In this document: positions 51,347 through 61,407 of the stretch, one piece after another
Numbering within the stretch: the first letter of the stretch is position 1
Layout of the letters: the number at the start of each line of letters is the position of its first letter
Assembly (NCBI GenBank): GCA_963786935.1
Contig: CAWBAN010000001.1
Coordinates: forward strand, 1,376,001 to 1,440,000
Source of the DNA: an uncultured bacterium
GTDB lineage: Bacteria > Krumholzibacteriota > Krumholzibacteriia > Krumholzibacteriales > Krumholzibacteriaceae
Reading direction: 5' to 3'
DNA: 64,000 nt
Made by a program: the position numbers and the translations under genes
Notes under the pieces: model-generated
What the model was told of the DNA's origin: nothing
Database searches by the model: none
What the model saw: only the letters and a program-made list of their open reading frames with translations

Positions 51347-52219
51347 ATGAACCTGGGCGCGCACATGTCCATCGCCGGAGGAATGCATCGGGCCCTCGAG
51401 CGGGGCCGCTCGATCGGGTGCAACGCGGTGCAGCTCTTCGTCACGAACACGAACATGTGGCGAATGCGCGCGCTCGACCCCGGCGAGATCGCGCGCTTCA
51501 GGGAGCGCTCGGGAATGTTCGCTCCGAACTTCATCCTCGCCCACTCGAGCTACCTCGTCAATCTCGCCTCGCCCGACCGGTCGATCCTCGCGCGGTCGAT
51601 CGCCGGTTTCACCGCGGAGATGGGGCGCGCGGGCGCGCTCGGCATTCCGTACCTGGTCGTCCACCCGGGAAGCCATTGCGGCGCGGGGGAGGCGGCGGGC
51701 TTGAAGCGGATCGCCGCGAGCCTCGACGAGGCCGTTTCGGCGGCGGGCGAGCGCGCGCCGGAAATTTTGCTCGAAACGACCGCCGGCCAGGGGAATTCGC
51801 TCGGAACCACGTTCGATCAGCTCGCGCGGATCATCGGCGCGGCGCGCTCGAGCGGTTCGCTCGGCGTCTGCCTCGATACCTGCCACGTGTTCGCGGCCGG
51901 GTACGATCTGCGGACCGGACGGGCGTACGAAAAGACGATCCGCGAGTTCGAGAGCGCGCTCGGGCTCGGGCGGCTCAAGGCGTTTCATCTGAACGATTCG
52001 GCGAAGGGGCTCGGAAGCAGGGTCGACCGGCACGCGCTCATCGGCGCCGGCGCGCTCGGGCTCGGAGCGTTTTCGCTCCTCATGAGGGACGAGCGGTTCT
52101 TCGACCGTCCCATGGTGCTCGAAACGCCCAAGGGGCCGGACGACACAAACGATCGGCGCGCGCTCGCGCTGCTGCGGGATCTGCGCGCCGGCGCCCGGCG
52201 ACCGGCGCGAAAACGGTGA
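51347..52219 (+). CDS. nfo: Endonuclease IV
   Basis: GAHMS, AHSSYLVNL, HPGS, LETTAGQG, CLDTCH, HLNDS, DRH and LETP motifs. Confidence 0.95.
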   Translation: MNLGAHMSIAGGMHRALERGRSIGCNAVQLFVTNTNMWRMRALDPGEIARFRERSGMFAPNFILAHSSYLVNLASPDRSILARSIAGFTAEMGRAGALGIPYLVVHPGSHCGAGEAAGLKRIAASLDEAVSAAGERAPEILLETTAGQGNSLGTTFDQLARIIGAARSSGSLGVCLDTCHVFAAGYDLRTGRAYEKTIREFESALGLGRLKAFHLNDSAKGLGSRVDRHALIGAGALGLGAFSLLMRDERFFDRPMVLETPKGPDDTNDRRALALLRDLRAGARRPARKR

Positions 52220-52226
52220 GATACCG

Positions 52227-53267
52227 TCACGCCGAGAACTCGGCGGCGAGCTTCCAGTACGGATCGGTCACCGGGTGCGTCAGCTCCGTCGCCGCTCCGC
52301 TCCGGATCACGCACAGCCCCTCCTTCTCCGGCACGATCTCCCCGCAGCTGGCGCTCGCGATGCCCTCGGCCGCGAGCGCTTCGACGAGCTCGTCGGCATC
52401 GCCTCCGTCGACGACGGCGATGAGGGTGCCCTCGCTGATCGACGAGAAGGGATCGAAGCCAAAGACCTCGGCCGTCTTCTTCACGACCGGCTGGACCGGG
52501 ATGAGATCCTGCTCGACGCGAAGCCCGTAGGATCCGGCCCGCGCCATCTCGTAGAGCCCGCCCCAGATGCCGCACTCGGTCGCGTCGTGCATGACGTGCA
52601 CGCCCTTGAACGTGCGGGCGATCGCGCAATCGTCGAGCACGCTCATCTGCGGGAAAATCGCGGCGGCCTCGCGCTGGAAGGCCTCTCCTCCCGCTTCGAC
52701 GAACTTCGCCGGGAAGAGCGCGGCGAGGAGCCCCGTCGTCTCGATCGCCGGTCCCTTCGTGATCACGATCTCGTCCCCGATCTTCACCCGGTGGGGGCCG
52801 CGCAGCTGCCGCTCGTCCCCGATGGCGATCGCCGTCGCGCCGCCGACCATCGGGTAGCCGCATCCGGTGTACCGGGCCGTATGCCCCGTCACGACGCTGA
52901 TGCCGTACCGCCGCGCCTCGTCGTGCACGGAGCCCCACAGCTCCTCGAGCTGCTCCTCGGTCGTCTCGGGAGGCAGATTGAGATCGATTGCGAGATGCCG
53001 CGGCTCGAGCCCGGAAACCGCGACGTCGCAGAACACGATGTGAAAGCCGAACCACGCCGCGCGCGCGAATCCGAGCGACGGAACGACGAAGAACGGATCG
53101 GTCGACAGCGCCATGACCTTGGCGCCGATCCTGATGACGCCGTAATCGACGCCGTGCCGCGGGCCGATGATGACGCTCTCGTCGGAGACGCCGAGACGGG
53201 GGTAGATGACGCGGTCGAAGAACTCCGGGTGTATCTTTCCGAGATCCGGCAGCTTCAATGAATTCAT
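52227..53267 (-). CDS. AIR-synthase/PurM-superfamily (HypE-like) protein
   Basis: GK...GP..GVD, STDP, GHT, MHDATE.G and DP...ISEGTL; promoter TTGACA-N17-GATACT (53316-53288). Confidence 0.8.
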   Translation of the reverse strand: MNSLKLPDLGKIHPEFFDRVIYPRLGVSDESVIIGPRHGVDYGVIRIGAKVMALSTDPFFVVPSLGFARAAWFGFHIVFCDVAVSGLEPRHLAIDLNLPPETTEEQLEELWGSVHDEARRYGISVVTGHTARYTGCGYPMVGGATAIAIGDERQLRGPHRVKIGDEIVITKGPAIETTGLLAALFPAKFVEAGGEAFQREAAAIFPQMSVLDDCAIARTFKGVHVMHDATECGIWGGLYEMARAGSYGLRVEQDLIPVQPVVKKTAEVFGFDPFSSISEGTLIAVVDGGDADELVEALAAEGIASASCGEIVPEKEGLCVIRSGAATELTHPVTDPYWKLAAEFSA

Positions 53268-53405
53268 GGATAATCCCTCCGCCGGGGAGTATCCCCGCAA
53301 ACGGCCGTTCTGTCAAGCCGGGCGCTCGGGCGTCCGGCGTTTTCCCTTGTCCCCGCGCCGCACCGCCCCTATAATTCGAGCCTCAGACGCACGGGAGGAA
53401 TATTC

Positions 53406-54338
53406 ATGTATGACGTCACCGTCATCGGATCCGGGCCTGCGGGGCTCACCGCGGCCATCTACGCGCGCCGCGCGGAGCTCTCCACGCTCGTCGTCTCGGG
53501 GATGCAGCCCGGCGGACAGCTCACGATCACGTCCGAGGTCGAGAATTTCCCGGGATTTCCCGAGGGCATCCAGGGCCCCGAGCTCATGAACCGGATGCAG
53601 CAGCAGGCGGAGAAGTTCGGCGCGGAGTTCGATTACGGCGAGGCGACCGCCGTCGATCTCGACGGGAAGCCGTTCAAGGTCACCATCGGAAAACGGATCG
53701 TCGAAACCCGCTCGATCATCGTCGCGACGGGCTCGGCGTCCCGCTGGATCGGTATCGAATCGGAGAAGAAGCTCCTCGGCAAGGGCGTATCCGGCTGCGC
53801 GACGTGCGACGGATTCTTCTTCACCGGCAAGCGCGTCGCCGTGGTCGGAGGCGGAGACGCGGCCATCGAGGAGGCGACCTTCCTCACGCGTTTCGCGAGC
53901 GAGGTGACCATCGTGCACCGGCGCGACGAGCTCCGCGCGTCGAAGGCGATGCAGAAACGCGCCCTCGAGAATCCGAAGGTCCGCTTCGAGTGGAACTCAG
54001 TCGTCGAGAACGTGCTCGATCCGGCGCAGAACAAGGTCACCGCGCTTATCCTCAAGAACATCAAATCCGGCGAAACAAAGGAGCTCCCCGTCGACGGCGT
54101 CTTCGTCGCGATCGGCCATGTTCCCGCCACGACGCTGTTCAAGGGCAAGCTCGAGCTCGATGAAAAGGGATACATCGTGGCGCGCGGTACGCGCACCTCG
54201 GTGAGCGGCGTATTCGCCGCCGGCGACGTGCAGGATCCGCGCTATCGCCAGGCGATCTCGGCCGCGGGGAGCGGATGCCAGGCGGCCATCGAGGCGCTCA
54301 AGTTCCTCGAGGGAGAGGACGCCCAGCCGGGCTGGTGA
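53406..54338 (+). CDS. trxB: Thioredoxin reductase
   Basis: GSGPAG, GGQL, CATCDG, GGGDAA.EEA, HRRDELRA and AAGDV motifs; promoter TTGTCC-N17-TATAAT (53347-53375). Confidence 0.96.
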   Translation: MYDVTVIGSGPAGLTAAIYARRAELSTLVVSGMQPGGQLTITSEVENFPGFPEGIQGPELMNRMQQQAEKFGAEFDYGEATAVDLDGKPFKVTIGKRIVETRSIIVATGSASRWIGIESEKKLLGKGVSGCATCDGFFFTGKRVAVVGGGDAAIEEATFLTRFASEVTIVHRRDELRASKAMQKRALENPKVRFEWNSVVENVLDPAQNKVTALILKNIKSGETKELPVDGVFVAIGHVPATTLFKGKLELDEKGYIVARGTRTSVSGVFAAGDVQDPRYRQAISAAGSGCQAAIEALKFLEGEDAQPGW

Positions 54339-54343
54339 GCATC

Positions 54344-55093
54344 ATGGAACAGTTTTCCGGAAAACGCGCGCTCGTCACGGGGGGCTCGCGCGGCATCGGG
54401 CGCGCGATCGCGCTCAGGCTCGCCGGGCTCGGCGCCGACGTCGCCGTCAACTACGTGAAGAACGAGCAGGCGGCGGCCGAGACGGCGCTCGCGATCGAGC
54501 GGCTCGGCCGGCGCGCGCGAGCGATCAGGGCCGACGTCGCCGAGCCGAAAGAGGTGAAGGGCCTCTTCTCGGCGGTGAAGGATACGTTCGGCGGGCTCGA
54601 CATCTTCGTTTCGAACGCCGTTTCGGGAGTGCTCGGGCCCGCGACGCGCATCGGAAAATTCGGCTGGGATCTCGCGCTCAACGCGAACGCCCGCGCGTTC
54701 CTCCTCGGCGCGCAGGAGGCGGCGAAGCTCTTCCCCGAATCGGGCGGAAGGATCGTCGCGGTCTCTTCGATCGGGAGTTTCTCGTGCCTCCCCGGCTACG
54801 CGGCGGTCGGCGCGAGCAAGGCGGCCCTCGAAACGCTCGTGCGGTATTTCGCGAAGGAGCTCGCGCCCCGCGGGATCAACGTGAACGCCGTCTCCGGCGG
54901 GCCCGTCGACACCGAGGCGCTCGACTATTTTCCCGAGAAGGAGCGTCTCCTCGAAACCTGGAAGGACCGCGCGCCGGCGGGCCGCATCGCGAAACCGGAA
55001 GAGATCGCCGCGGTCGCCGTGTTCCTGCTCTCGGACGACGCCTCGTGGATCCAGGGGCAGACGATCGTCGTCGACGGCGGCTTCACGCTGTAA
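54344..55093 (+). CDS. SDR oxidoreductase, FabL-like enoyl-ACP reductase
   Basis: TGGSRGIG, SNAVSGV, YAAVGASK (YX6K as in FabL) and VNAVSGG.VDT.AL.YFP. Confidence 0.8.
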   Translation: MEQFSGKRALVTGGSRGIGRAIALRLAGLGADVAVNYVKNEQAAAETALAIERLGRRARAIRADVAEPKEVKGLFSAVKDTFGGLDIFVSNAVSGVLGPATRIGKFGWDLALNANARAFLLGAQEAAKLFPESGGRIVAVSSIGSFSCLPGYAAVGASKAALETLVRYFAKELAPRGINVNAVSGGPVDTEALDYFPEKERLLETWKDRAPAGRIAKPEEIAAVAVFLLSDDASWIQGQTIVVDGGFTL

Positions 55094-55096
55094 CGC

Positions 55097-55618
55097 TCAC
55101 GCGCCGTCGAGGTGACGGCCTCCCTTGCGCTCCATCCATTCCTGCGGATCGGTGAAGTACTCGAGCGTGTCCTCGAGGGAGAGCCGGTGCTCGCGCTCCA
55201 TCGACGCGAGCAGGGTAAAGAATCGCTTCTCGGCCTTGTCCTTGGCCTGATCGGCGAGCTTCTCGTAGAAGTTCTCCCCCTGGTGCTCGAACCCGATCGC
55301 CGTCTTGACCGCCGCGACGTCGTCGTCGTCGCTCTCGGGAGAGTCCGTCGCTTCCTTCACGAGACGGCCGAGCGCCTCCGTGACCCTCGTCGGAATGTCC
55401 AACGAAAATCCGTCGGGCCACTTGTTGCGCTCCTCGAGCTTCTGGTGCAGATCGACGAGGCGTTTGTAGTGCTCGTTCTCGTCGGCGGCGATGGATTCGA
55501 ACATCTGTCTCCCGAGCGCGTCCTTCGTGCGCTTCGCGTGCGCGAGATAGAAATCGCGCTCCTTCTCTTCGTTCGTGAGCGCGAGCTTGAGCGCTTCGAG
55601 CTTGGCCGCGTTGTCCAT
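55097..55618 (-). CDS. Ferritin-like (rubrerythrin-type) diiron protein
   Basis: Two E...FY...ExxH repeats (ENEH, EREH). Confidence 0.85.
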   Translation of the reverse strand: MDNAAKLEALKLALTNEEKERDFYLAHAKRTKDALGRQMFESIAADENEHYKRLVDLHQKLEERNKWPDGFSLDIPTRVTEALGRLVKEATDSPESDDDDVAAVKTAIGFEHQGENFYEKLADQAKDKAEKRFFTLLASMEREHRLSLEDTLEYFTDPQEWMERKGGRHLDGA

Positions 55619-55769
55619 GGCAACCTACCTCCCCTGCTTCCATTCCTTGACACGAAGGGCCGCGAGACCCTATTATCAGTAAGCATTTTTGTCGCGTTCT
55701 CTGATTCAAAGTACGGTTGCCCCCGGTGCAAGTAAAGCGAAATGTGGGGCGTCACGAAAGGATAACGAC

Positions 55770-56276
55770 ATGGCGCGTGAACGGGACCTCACGACTCTCG
55801 AAGTGCTCAGCATCGCGATCAAATCGGAGATCGAGGCGATCAAGCTCTACCACCGGATGAAGGACAAGGCGAAGAATCCCGACCTTCAGACGAAGCTCGA
55901 TTTCCTCGCGTCTCAGGAGAAGAACCACGAGCGGATCCTCACGGAGGCCTACCGGAAGAAGTTCCCCGGGGTTGAGCTGAGCATGCCGCCGAAGACGCTC
56001 GTCCCGAGCATCGAAGACACCATTCCGGCCGAGGCGACGCTCAAGGATCTCTTCGCCGCGGCGATGGACGCGGAGAAGAAGGCGGACGATTTCTACTCGG
56101 GGCTCGCGAAGAAAACGCGCGACCAGAGCAGCCGCTCGATGCTCGAATATCTCGCGAGCATGGAGCGGAGCCATTTCTCGATTCTCGAGGCCGAGTTCCG
56201 TCAGCTCGAGTTCACCGAGGACTACAACACGGACGATTTTCTCCGGGGCGAGCGCCTCATGAACGTCGGGCCCTGA
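55770..56276 (+). CDS. Ferritin-like (rubrerythrin-type) diiron protein
   Basis: AIKSE...Y...EKNH and E...FY...ERSH; promoter TTGACA-N18-TATTAT (55647-55676). Confidence 0.85.
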   Translation: MARERDLTTLEVLSIAIKSEIEAIKLYHRMKDKAKNPDLQTKLDFLASQEKNHERILTEAYRKKFPGVELSMPPKTLVPSIEDTIPAEATLKDLFAAAMDAEKKADDFYSGLAKKTRDQSSRSMLEYLASMERSHFSILEAEFRQLEFTEDYNTDDFLRGERLMNVGP

Positions 56277-56294
56277 GCGTTCGGGCCCGGTCGC

Positions 56295-57598
56295 TCATTT
56301 CGTGTAATAGTCTATCATCCGTTCGATCGCGCGCCTGCAGACCGGGCAGAACGGCCCGGTCTTCTTCGAGAACATGATGCAGTCGCGGCACGGCCGGTAG
56401 AGCCCCTTCGCCGAATAGCCCGCCCCTTCGAACGCCCCGACGACGCCGTCGTACAGCGAGTCGTTGGGCGTCGGGACCGGCGTTCCCGCGCGGATGAGAT
56501 CCCCCCATTTCACGTTCGCCGTATCGAGGAGCGCCGTGATGTTCGGCTCCCACGGCTCCATGCCTTTCGGATAGAGATCGTTGTACGCGACTTCCGAGCT
56601 GTAGTATTCGTCGCCGAGCGCGGCGAACGAGTGGCCGAACTCATGCACGAAAACGTAGGCGTCGAACTCGTTGTCGGAGCAGCCGTTCGAATAGAGATTG
56701 AAGATGCCCCCTCCCCGTACCGCTTCGAGTTCACGATGACGATGACGGCGTCGTACGGGACGTTGCCCGCGATGTCGCGCATGATCTTGTTCGAGAAACC
56801 GAGCATGTACCGGGAAATGTCGAACGCGTTGTAGGAGAATCCGAGGATCGAGTTGCGGTACTTTCCCTCGCGCGGTTCGTCCACGCCCGATTCGTTCGAT
56901 ATCGTCTCGACGAGACGCACGTTGAAATCCCGCTTCCTCCCCTTGAACGGCTCCGTGTTGAAGAGCGCGCCGAGGAGCCGCTCGGTGTCGCCGCGGAGCT
57001 TGTGCGTCTCGTTCTGATCGTAGCCGTCTCCGAGGATCGCGATATCGACCTTGTCGCCCGAGGGCCCGCCGTCGACGAGCTGCCGGACGCGGAAGCCCCC
57101 GTACCGCCGCTCGGCGTTGATATGATAGTCGGCGGGATCGACGACGAGATCGTAGACCGGCGTGAGCACGTTCTTCCGGTCCCGCGTGTCGATTCTCACC
57201 TGCACGGGGCCCTTCGGCAACGGGATGATGAGCGACTCGTGAAAGGTCCGGGGAAATCCGGCGATCGCCTCGCCGGTCGTCTTCCATTCGTCGAAGTGCG
57301 TCGAGAAACCGCGCGAATAGATCATCGCGTTCGTCTTCAGGTCGAACACGCGGAGGATGCAGGTGCCGAGATTGAGCGTATCGAGGAGGGCGCGCGGATT
57401 GCCCGCCCAGTGCGGCTCGATTCTCAATTCGTCGAGACTGTACGTCTCGCTCTTCGCGTCGCCGGTGTGGTAGAGATCGATCCTGAGCGATTTCGCGGTG
57501 AAGTAACGGTCGAAGTCGGGACACGCGGCCGGGCGATCGGCGGCGGCGATTCGAGCGCCCGCGGCCATGATCAACGCGAAAAGCGCGAGACGACGCAT
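56295..57598 (-). CDS. M64-family (IgA peptidase-like) secreted metallopeptidase (apparent 1-nt deletion in a G4 run at 56713-56716)
   Basis: Signal peptide and ILGDGY in one frame; HEFGHSFAALGDEY, FEGAGY and CIM...FCPVC in another; one extra G restores YGGGGIF. Confidence 0.85.
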
Positions 57599-57652
57599 CG
57601 ATGACCTCCTCGTATGCGGTGCGGCCGCGCCGCGCCGCGATGATCCCGCCGC

Positions 57653-58378
57653 TCAGCGCGAGCGGGTCACGCCGGCGCGCGCGCACGATCGCTCGATCGG
57701 GCAGATCGAGCAGCGCGGCGACACCGGCGCGCAAACCGTTTTTCCGAACGTGACCAAAAGATCGTTGATTTCGAGCCAGTGCCCCTTCGGGAGCGTCGCG
57801 CGGAGACAGGCTTCGGTCTCGACCGGCGCTTTCGTTCCGACGATCCCGAGACGGTTCACGACCCGGTGCACGTGCGTGTCGACGCAGATCCCCGGGAGCG
57901 CGAATCCGAGCGTGAGCACGAGGTTCGCCGTCTTTCTCCCGACGCCCGGGAGCGAGAGGAGCCCCTCCATCGTGTCGGGCACGCGGCCGCCGAGCTCGCC
58001 GTCGATCTTCGCCGACAGGGCGCGGATCGCCTTCGCCTTCGTGCGATAGAATCCGGCGGGGTAGATGAGCGCGGCGACGCGCCTCTCGGCGAGCGCGGCG
58101 AGCGCTTTCGGCGTCGACGCCGCGGCGAAAAGCCGCCGGGCCGCCTCCCCCGTCACCTCGTCCTTCGTCCGGGCGCTGATCACGGTCGATACGAGCACCT
58201 TGAAGGGCGAGCGCGTCCGCCGGGCGATCCGCGTCACCGAGGGCTCTTCCCGCCCGTAGACCGCTTTTCTCACGGAAGGAACGATCCGGCGCAGGACCGC
58301 CGTCGCCGCCCGTCTCCCCTTCGGGAACCAGTCGGCCCGGGGCTCTTTTAAATTCGAAGGGGCATTCGTCATGGACAT
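57653..58378 (-). CDS. nth: Endonuclease III
   Basis: HhH LPGVGRKTANL, VDTHVHR and C-x6-C-x2-C-x5-C Fe-S motif. Confidence 0.93.
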   Translation of the reverse strand: MSMTNAPSNLKEPRADWFPKGRRAATAVLRRIVPSVRKAVYGREEPSVTRIARRTRSPFKVLVSTVISARTKDEVTGEAARRLFAAASTPKALAALAERRVAALIYPAGFYRTKAKAIRALSAKIDGELGGRVPDTMEGLLSLPGVGRKTANLVLTLGFALPGICVDTHVHRVVNRLGIVGTKAPVETEACLRATLPKGHWLEINDLLVTFGKTVCAPVSPRCSICPIERSCARAGVTRSR

Positions 58379-58533
58379 CTCCCGCGCGCTCGGGATGCAA
58401 CGGGCGGCAGCGCCCGCGCCGAAGTCGGATTTCGTACGCTACCACACGTTTGGCGCCGCTTCAACTCATTTCCCTTGACAGGGGGCGCCACCGGTTTTTA
58501 TCCTTGCACGTTCACGAACGAGGAGGAATCACC

Positions 58534-59685
58534 ATGGATTGGACCTTCACTGACGAGCAGAAGATGCTCAGGGACATGGTCCGCAAGTTCGTCGTCAACG
58601 AGATCAAACCGATCGCTGAAAAAATAGACCAGGAAGAGAAGATCCCCCGGGAGCTCATCAAGAAGATCGCCGAGCTCGGGCTTCTCGGCGTCTCGTTTCC
58701 CCCCGAATACGGCGGCGCCGGCATGGGCGAGACGGGCTACTGCATCGTGCAGGAGGAAATCGGGCGGGGCTGCTCCTCGACCGCGACCTTCATCGGCGCG
58801 CACCAGAGCATCGGAAGCTCCGGCATCTACCTGTTCGGCACCGAGGAGCAGAAGCGGAAATACCTCGTGCCGCTCGCCGAGGGGCGCAAGATCGCCGCGT
58901 TCGCCCTCACCGAATCGAACGCCGGCTCCGACGCGTTCAACAGCGAATCGACCGTCGAGGACAAGGGGGATCACTGGCTCCTCAACGGACGCAAAACCTT
59001 CATCACGAACGGGAGCTTCGCCGACGTCTTCACCGTATTCGCCAAGCATCGGGGCGGGAAGGCCGACGGCAAGGTCTCGAGCTTCATCGTCGAGAAGGGC
59101 TCTCCCGGATTCTCCATCGGGAAGATCGAGCACAAGATGGGCATCCGCGGCTCCGAAACGGCCGAGCTCGTCTTCGAGGACGTGAAGATCCCGTACGAGA
59201 ATCTTCTCGGGCGCGCGGGACGCGGGGTCATCGTCGGGATGCGCATCCTCGCCTGCGGGCGTCTCGGCCTCGGCGCCGCGACCCTCGGCGCGGCGAAGGA
59301 GGCGCTCGCCTTGAGCGCCGCCCACTCGAAGGAGCGCGTCCAGTTCGGGCACAAGATCTCGCAGAACCAGGCGATCCAGTGGATGCTCGCCGACATGGCG
59401 ACCGAGATCTACAACATGGAGTCGATCGTCTACCGCACCGCGTGGATGTACGACCAGGGGATGGACGTGACGAAGGAATCGTCCATGGTGAAGCTCTACT
59501 GCTCCGAAGCGCTCGATCGCATCGTCGACACGGCGCTCCAGGTTCACGGCGGGTACGGCTACATCCGCGAGTACGCGATCGAGCGGATGTACCGCGATTC
59601 GCGCATCAACAGGCTCTTCGAGGGAACGAGCGAGATCCAGCGCCTCATCATCGCGCATGAGGTGCTCCACGCGCGGCAGATCTAG
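58534..59685 (+). CDS. Acyl-CoA dehydrogenase
   Basis: FALTESNAGSD, LNGRKTFITNG, KMGIRGS, RVQFG, QVHGGYGY and FEGTSEIQR; AGGAGG RBS; TTGACA at 58475. Confidence 0.95.
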   Translation: MDWTFTDEQKMLRDMVRKFVVNEIKPIAEKIDQEEKIPRELIKKIAELGLLGVSFPPEYGGAGMGETGYCIVQEEIGRGCSSTATFIGAHQSIGSSGIYLFGTEEQKRKYLVPLAEGRKIAAFALTESNAGSDAFNSESTVEDKGDHWLLNGRKTFITNGSFADVFTVFAKHRGGKADGKVSSFIVEKGSPGFSIGKIEHKMGIRGSETAELVFEDVKIPYENLLGRAGRGVIVGMRILACGRLGLGAATLGAAKEALALSAAHSKERVQFGHKISQNQAIQWMLADMATEIYNMESIVYRTAWMYDQGMDVTKESSMVKLYCSEALDRIVDTALQVHGGYGYIREYAIERMYRDSRINRLFEGTSEIQRLIIAHEVLHARQI

Positions 59686-59780
59686 GGAGCGCGCACCGAA
59701 AGTCATCGCGCGGCCGGGCCGGGGCGCCGCGCATGCTTCGATAACGAACGGGAAGGCATCGAGCCTTCCCGTTCGCCGTT

Positions 59781-61313
59781 TCAGATCCCTTCGAGGAACC
59801 GCGGCACGCGGTACTGCACCGCCTCGGCGAGGTGCCGGGCGGCGATCGCCTCCGAGGCGTCGAGATCGGCGATCGTCCGCGCCACCTGGACGATGTTCCG
59901 CCTGCTCCGGGCGCTGAAGAGGAGACGGCGCTGCGCCGCGGCGAGAAGCTCGCGCGCGGCGCGCTCCATCGAGTCCGGCGATTCGAGGCGCGCCGCGCTC
60001 GCGCCGGCGTTCCGCTCCGCGTCTCCCGCGCCGCGAGAGCGCGACCGCTGCCGGTCGACCGCGGCAAGCACCGCGCGGCGCATTTCTTTGGAGCTCATCC
60101 CCGTTCCGTCCGAACCGCGCTCGAAATCCTTCGGATCGACCGGTTTCACCGGCACGTGCAGCGCGATGCGATCGATGAGGGGCCCCGAGATCTTGGCGAG
60201 GTACCGCCTGATCGAGATCGGCGTGCACCGGCACGGCCGGCGGTCCGTGCCCGCGTATCCGCAGGGGCACGGATTCATCGCGGCGACGAGCTGGAACCGC
60301 GCCGGATAGGCGAATGAAAGCCCCGCCCGCGCGATGACGATTCTGCCCTCCTCGAGCGGCTGCCGCAGGCTCTCGAGCACGTTCCGCTTGAACTCGGTGA
60401 GCTCGTCCAGAAAGAGCACGCCGTTGTGCGCAATCGTGATCTCCCCCGGCGCGGCGCCCCTTCCTCCCCCAATGAGCCCGGCGTCGCTCGCCGAATGGTG
60501 CGGGGCGCGGAACGGCCGATCGAGGCTCAGCGCCGCGCCGGCGCCCGTGCCGGCGACGCTCGCGATCTTCGCGTTCTCGAGCGCCTCCTCATCCCCGAGC
60601 GGCGGAAGTATCGTGGGCAGGCGTTTGGCGAGCATCGTCTTCCCGGAGCCGGGAGGGCCGACCATGATGACGTGATGCCCTCCCGCGGCGGCGATCTGCA
60701 TCGCCCGCTTCGCGGCGGCCTGCCCGACGATCTGGCCGTAGTCGACGTCCTCGCCGCCGGTCTCCGCCCGCCGCGGGGGAGCGCTCGCCGCGGCCCGCGG
60801 CGCCCCGCCCTCGAGCACGCGGAGCGCCTCGCGCAGATCCGCGCACGGCACCGCTTCGATCCCCTTCACGACGCCCGCCTCCGCGCCGTTCGCGTCGGGG
60901 ACGAGGAGACGCCGCGCGCCCAACTCGCGCGCGAAGAGCGCGATCGGGAGCACGCCTTTGACCGGCTTGAGGCGACCGTCGAGGGCGAGCTCGCCGAGAA
61001 TGATCGACGCCGGCGATACCGCGGCCGCCGTCTGACCGCTCGCCGCGAGGATGCCGATCGCGATGGGCAGGTCGAATGCCGCCCCTTCCTTGCGCACGTC
61101 GGCGGGCGCGAGGTTCACCGTGATCCGCTTCTGCGGGAGCTTGTAGCCGTTGTTCCTGATCGCCGACGTGACGCGCTCGCGGCTCTCGCGGACGGCCGCG
61201 TTCGGAAGCCCGACGATCGTGAATGAAGGAAGCCCGGCGGCGAGATCGATCTCGACCGTGACCCCGAACCCGTCGATACCCAACACCGCACCCGAACGAA
61301 TCTCAGCGATCAT
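59781..61313 (-). CDS. comM: YifB/ComM Mg-chelatase-like AAA+ ATPase
   Basis: IVGLP...ESRERV, NLAPAD.RKEG, GPPGSGKT, PFRAPHH, FLDEL and AMNPCPCG motifs. Confidence 0.95.
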   Translation of the reverse strand: MIAEIRSGAVLGIDGFGVTVEIDLAAGLPSFTIVGLPNAAVRESRERVTSAIRNNGYKLPQKRITVNLAPADVRKEGAAFDLPIAIGILAASGQTAAAVSPASIILGELALDGRLKPVKGVLPIALFARELGARRLLVPDANGAEAGVVKGIEAVPCADLREALRVLEGGAPRAAASAPPRRAETGGEDVDYGQIVGQAAAKRAMQIAAAGGHHVIMVGPPGSGKTMLAKRLPTILPPLGDEEALENAKIASVAGTGAGAALSLDRPFRAPHHSASDAGLIGGGRGAAPGEITIAHNGVLFLDELTEFKRNVLESLRQPLEEGRIVIARAGLSFAYPARFQLVAAMNPCPCGYAGTDRRPCRCTPISIRRYLAKISGPLIDRIALHVPVKPVDPKDFERGSDGTGMSSKEMRRAVLAAVDRQRSRSRGAGDAERNAGASAARLESPDSMERAARELLAAAQRRLLFSARSRRNIVQVARTIADLDASEAIAARHLAEAVQYRVPRFLEGI

Positions 61314-61407
61314 CCCGTACCTCCCCGCACCATATTCCCCGATCGCCCGCGCCCTTCGGCGCAGCTGCGCGCCCCCCGGCGCGTCACGGCGCCCGCCGGG
61401 GCGCCGC

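Noticed and set aside
52227..53267. Selenophosphate synthetase (SelD) or true HypE
   Set aside because: Lacks the SelD N-terminal (C/U)xxK motif and the HypE C-terminal PR(I/V)C; left as a generic PurM-superfamily protein.
55097..56276. Encapsulin cargo-loading peptides on the ferritin-like proteins
   Set aside because: The C-termini (RHLDGA, LMNVGP) do not match L(T/G)(V/I)GSL and no encapsulin gene is in the window.
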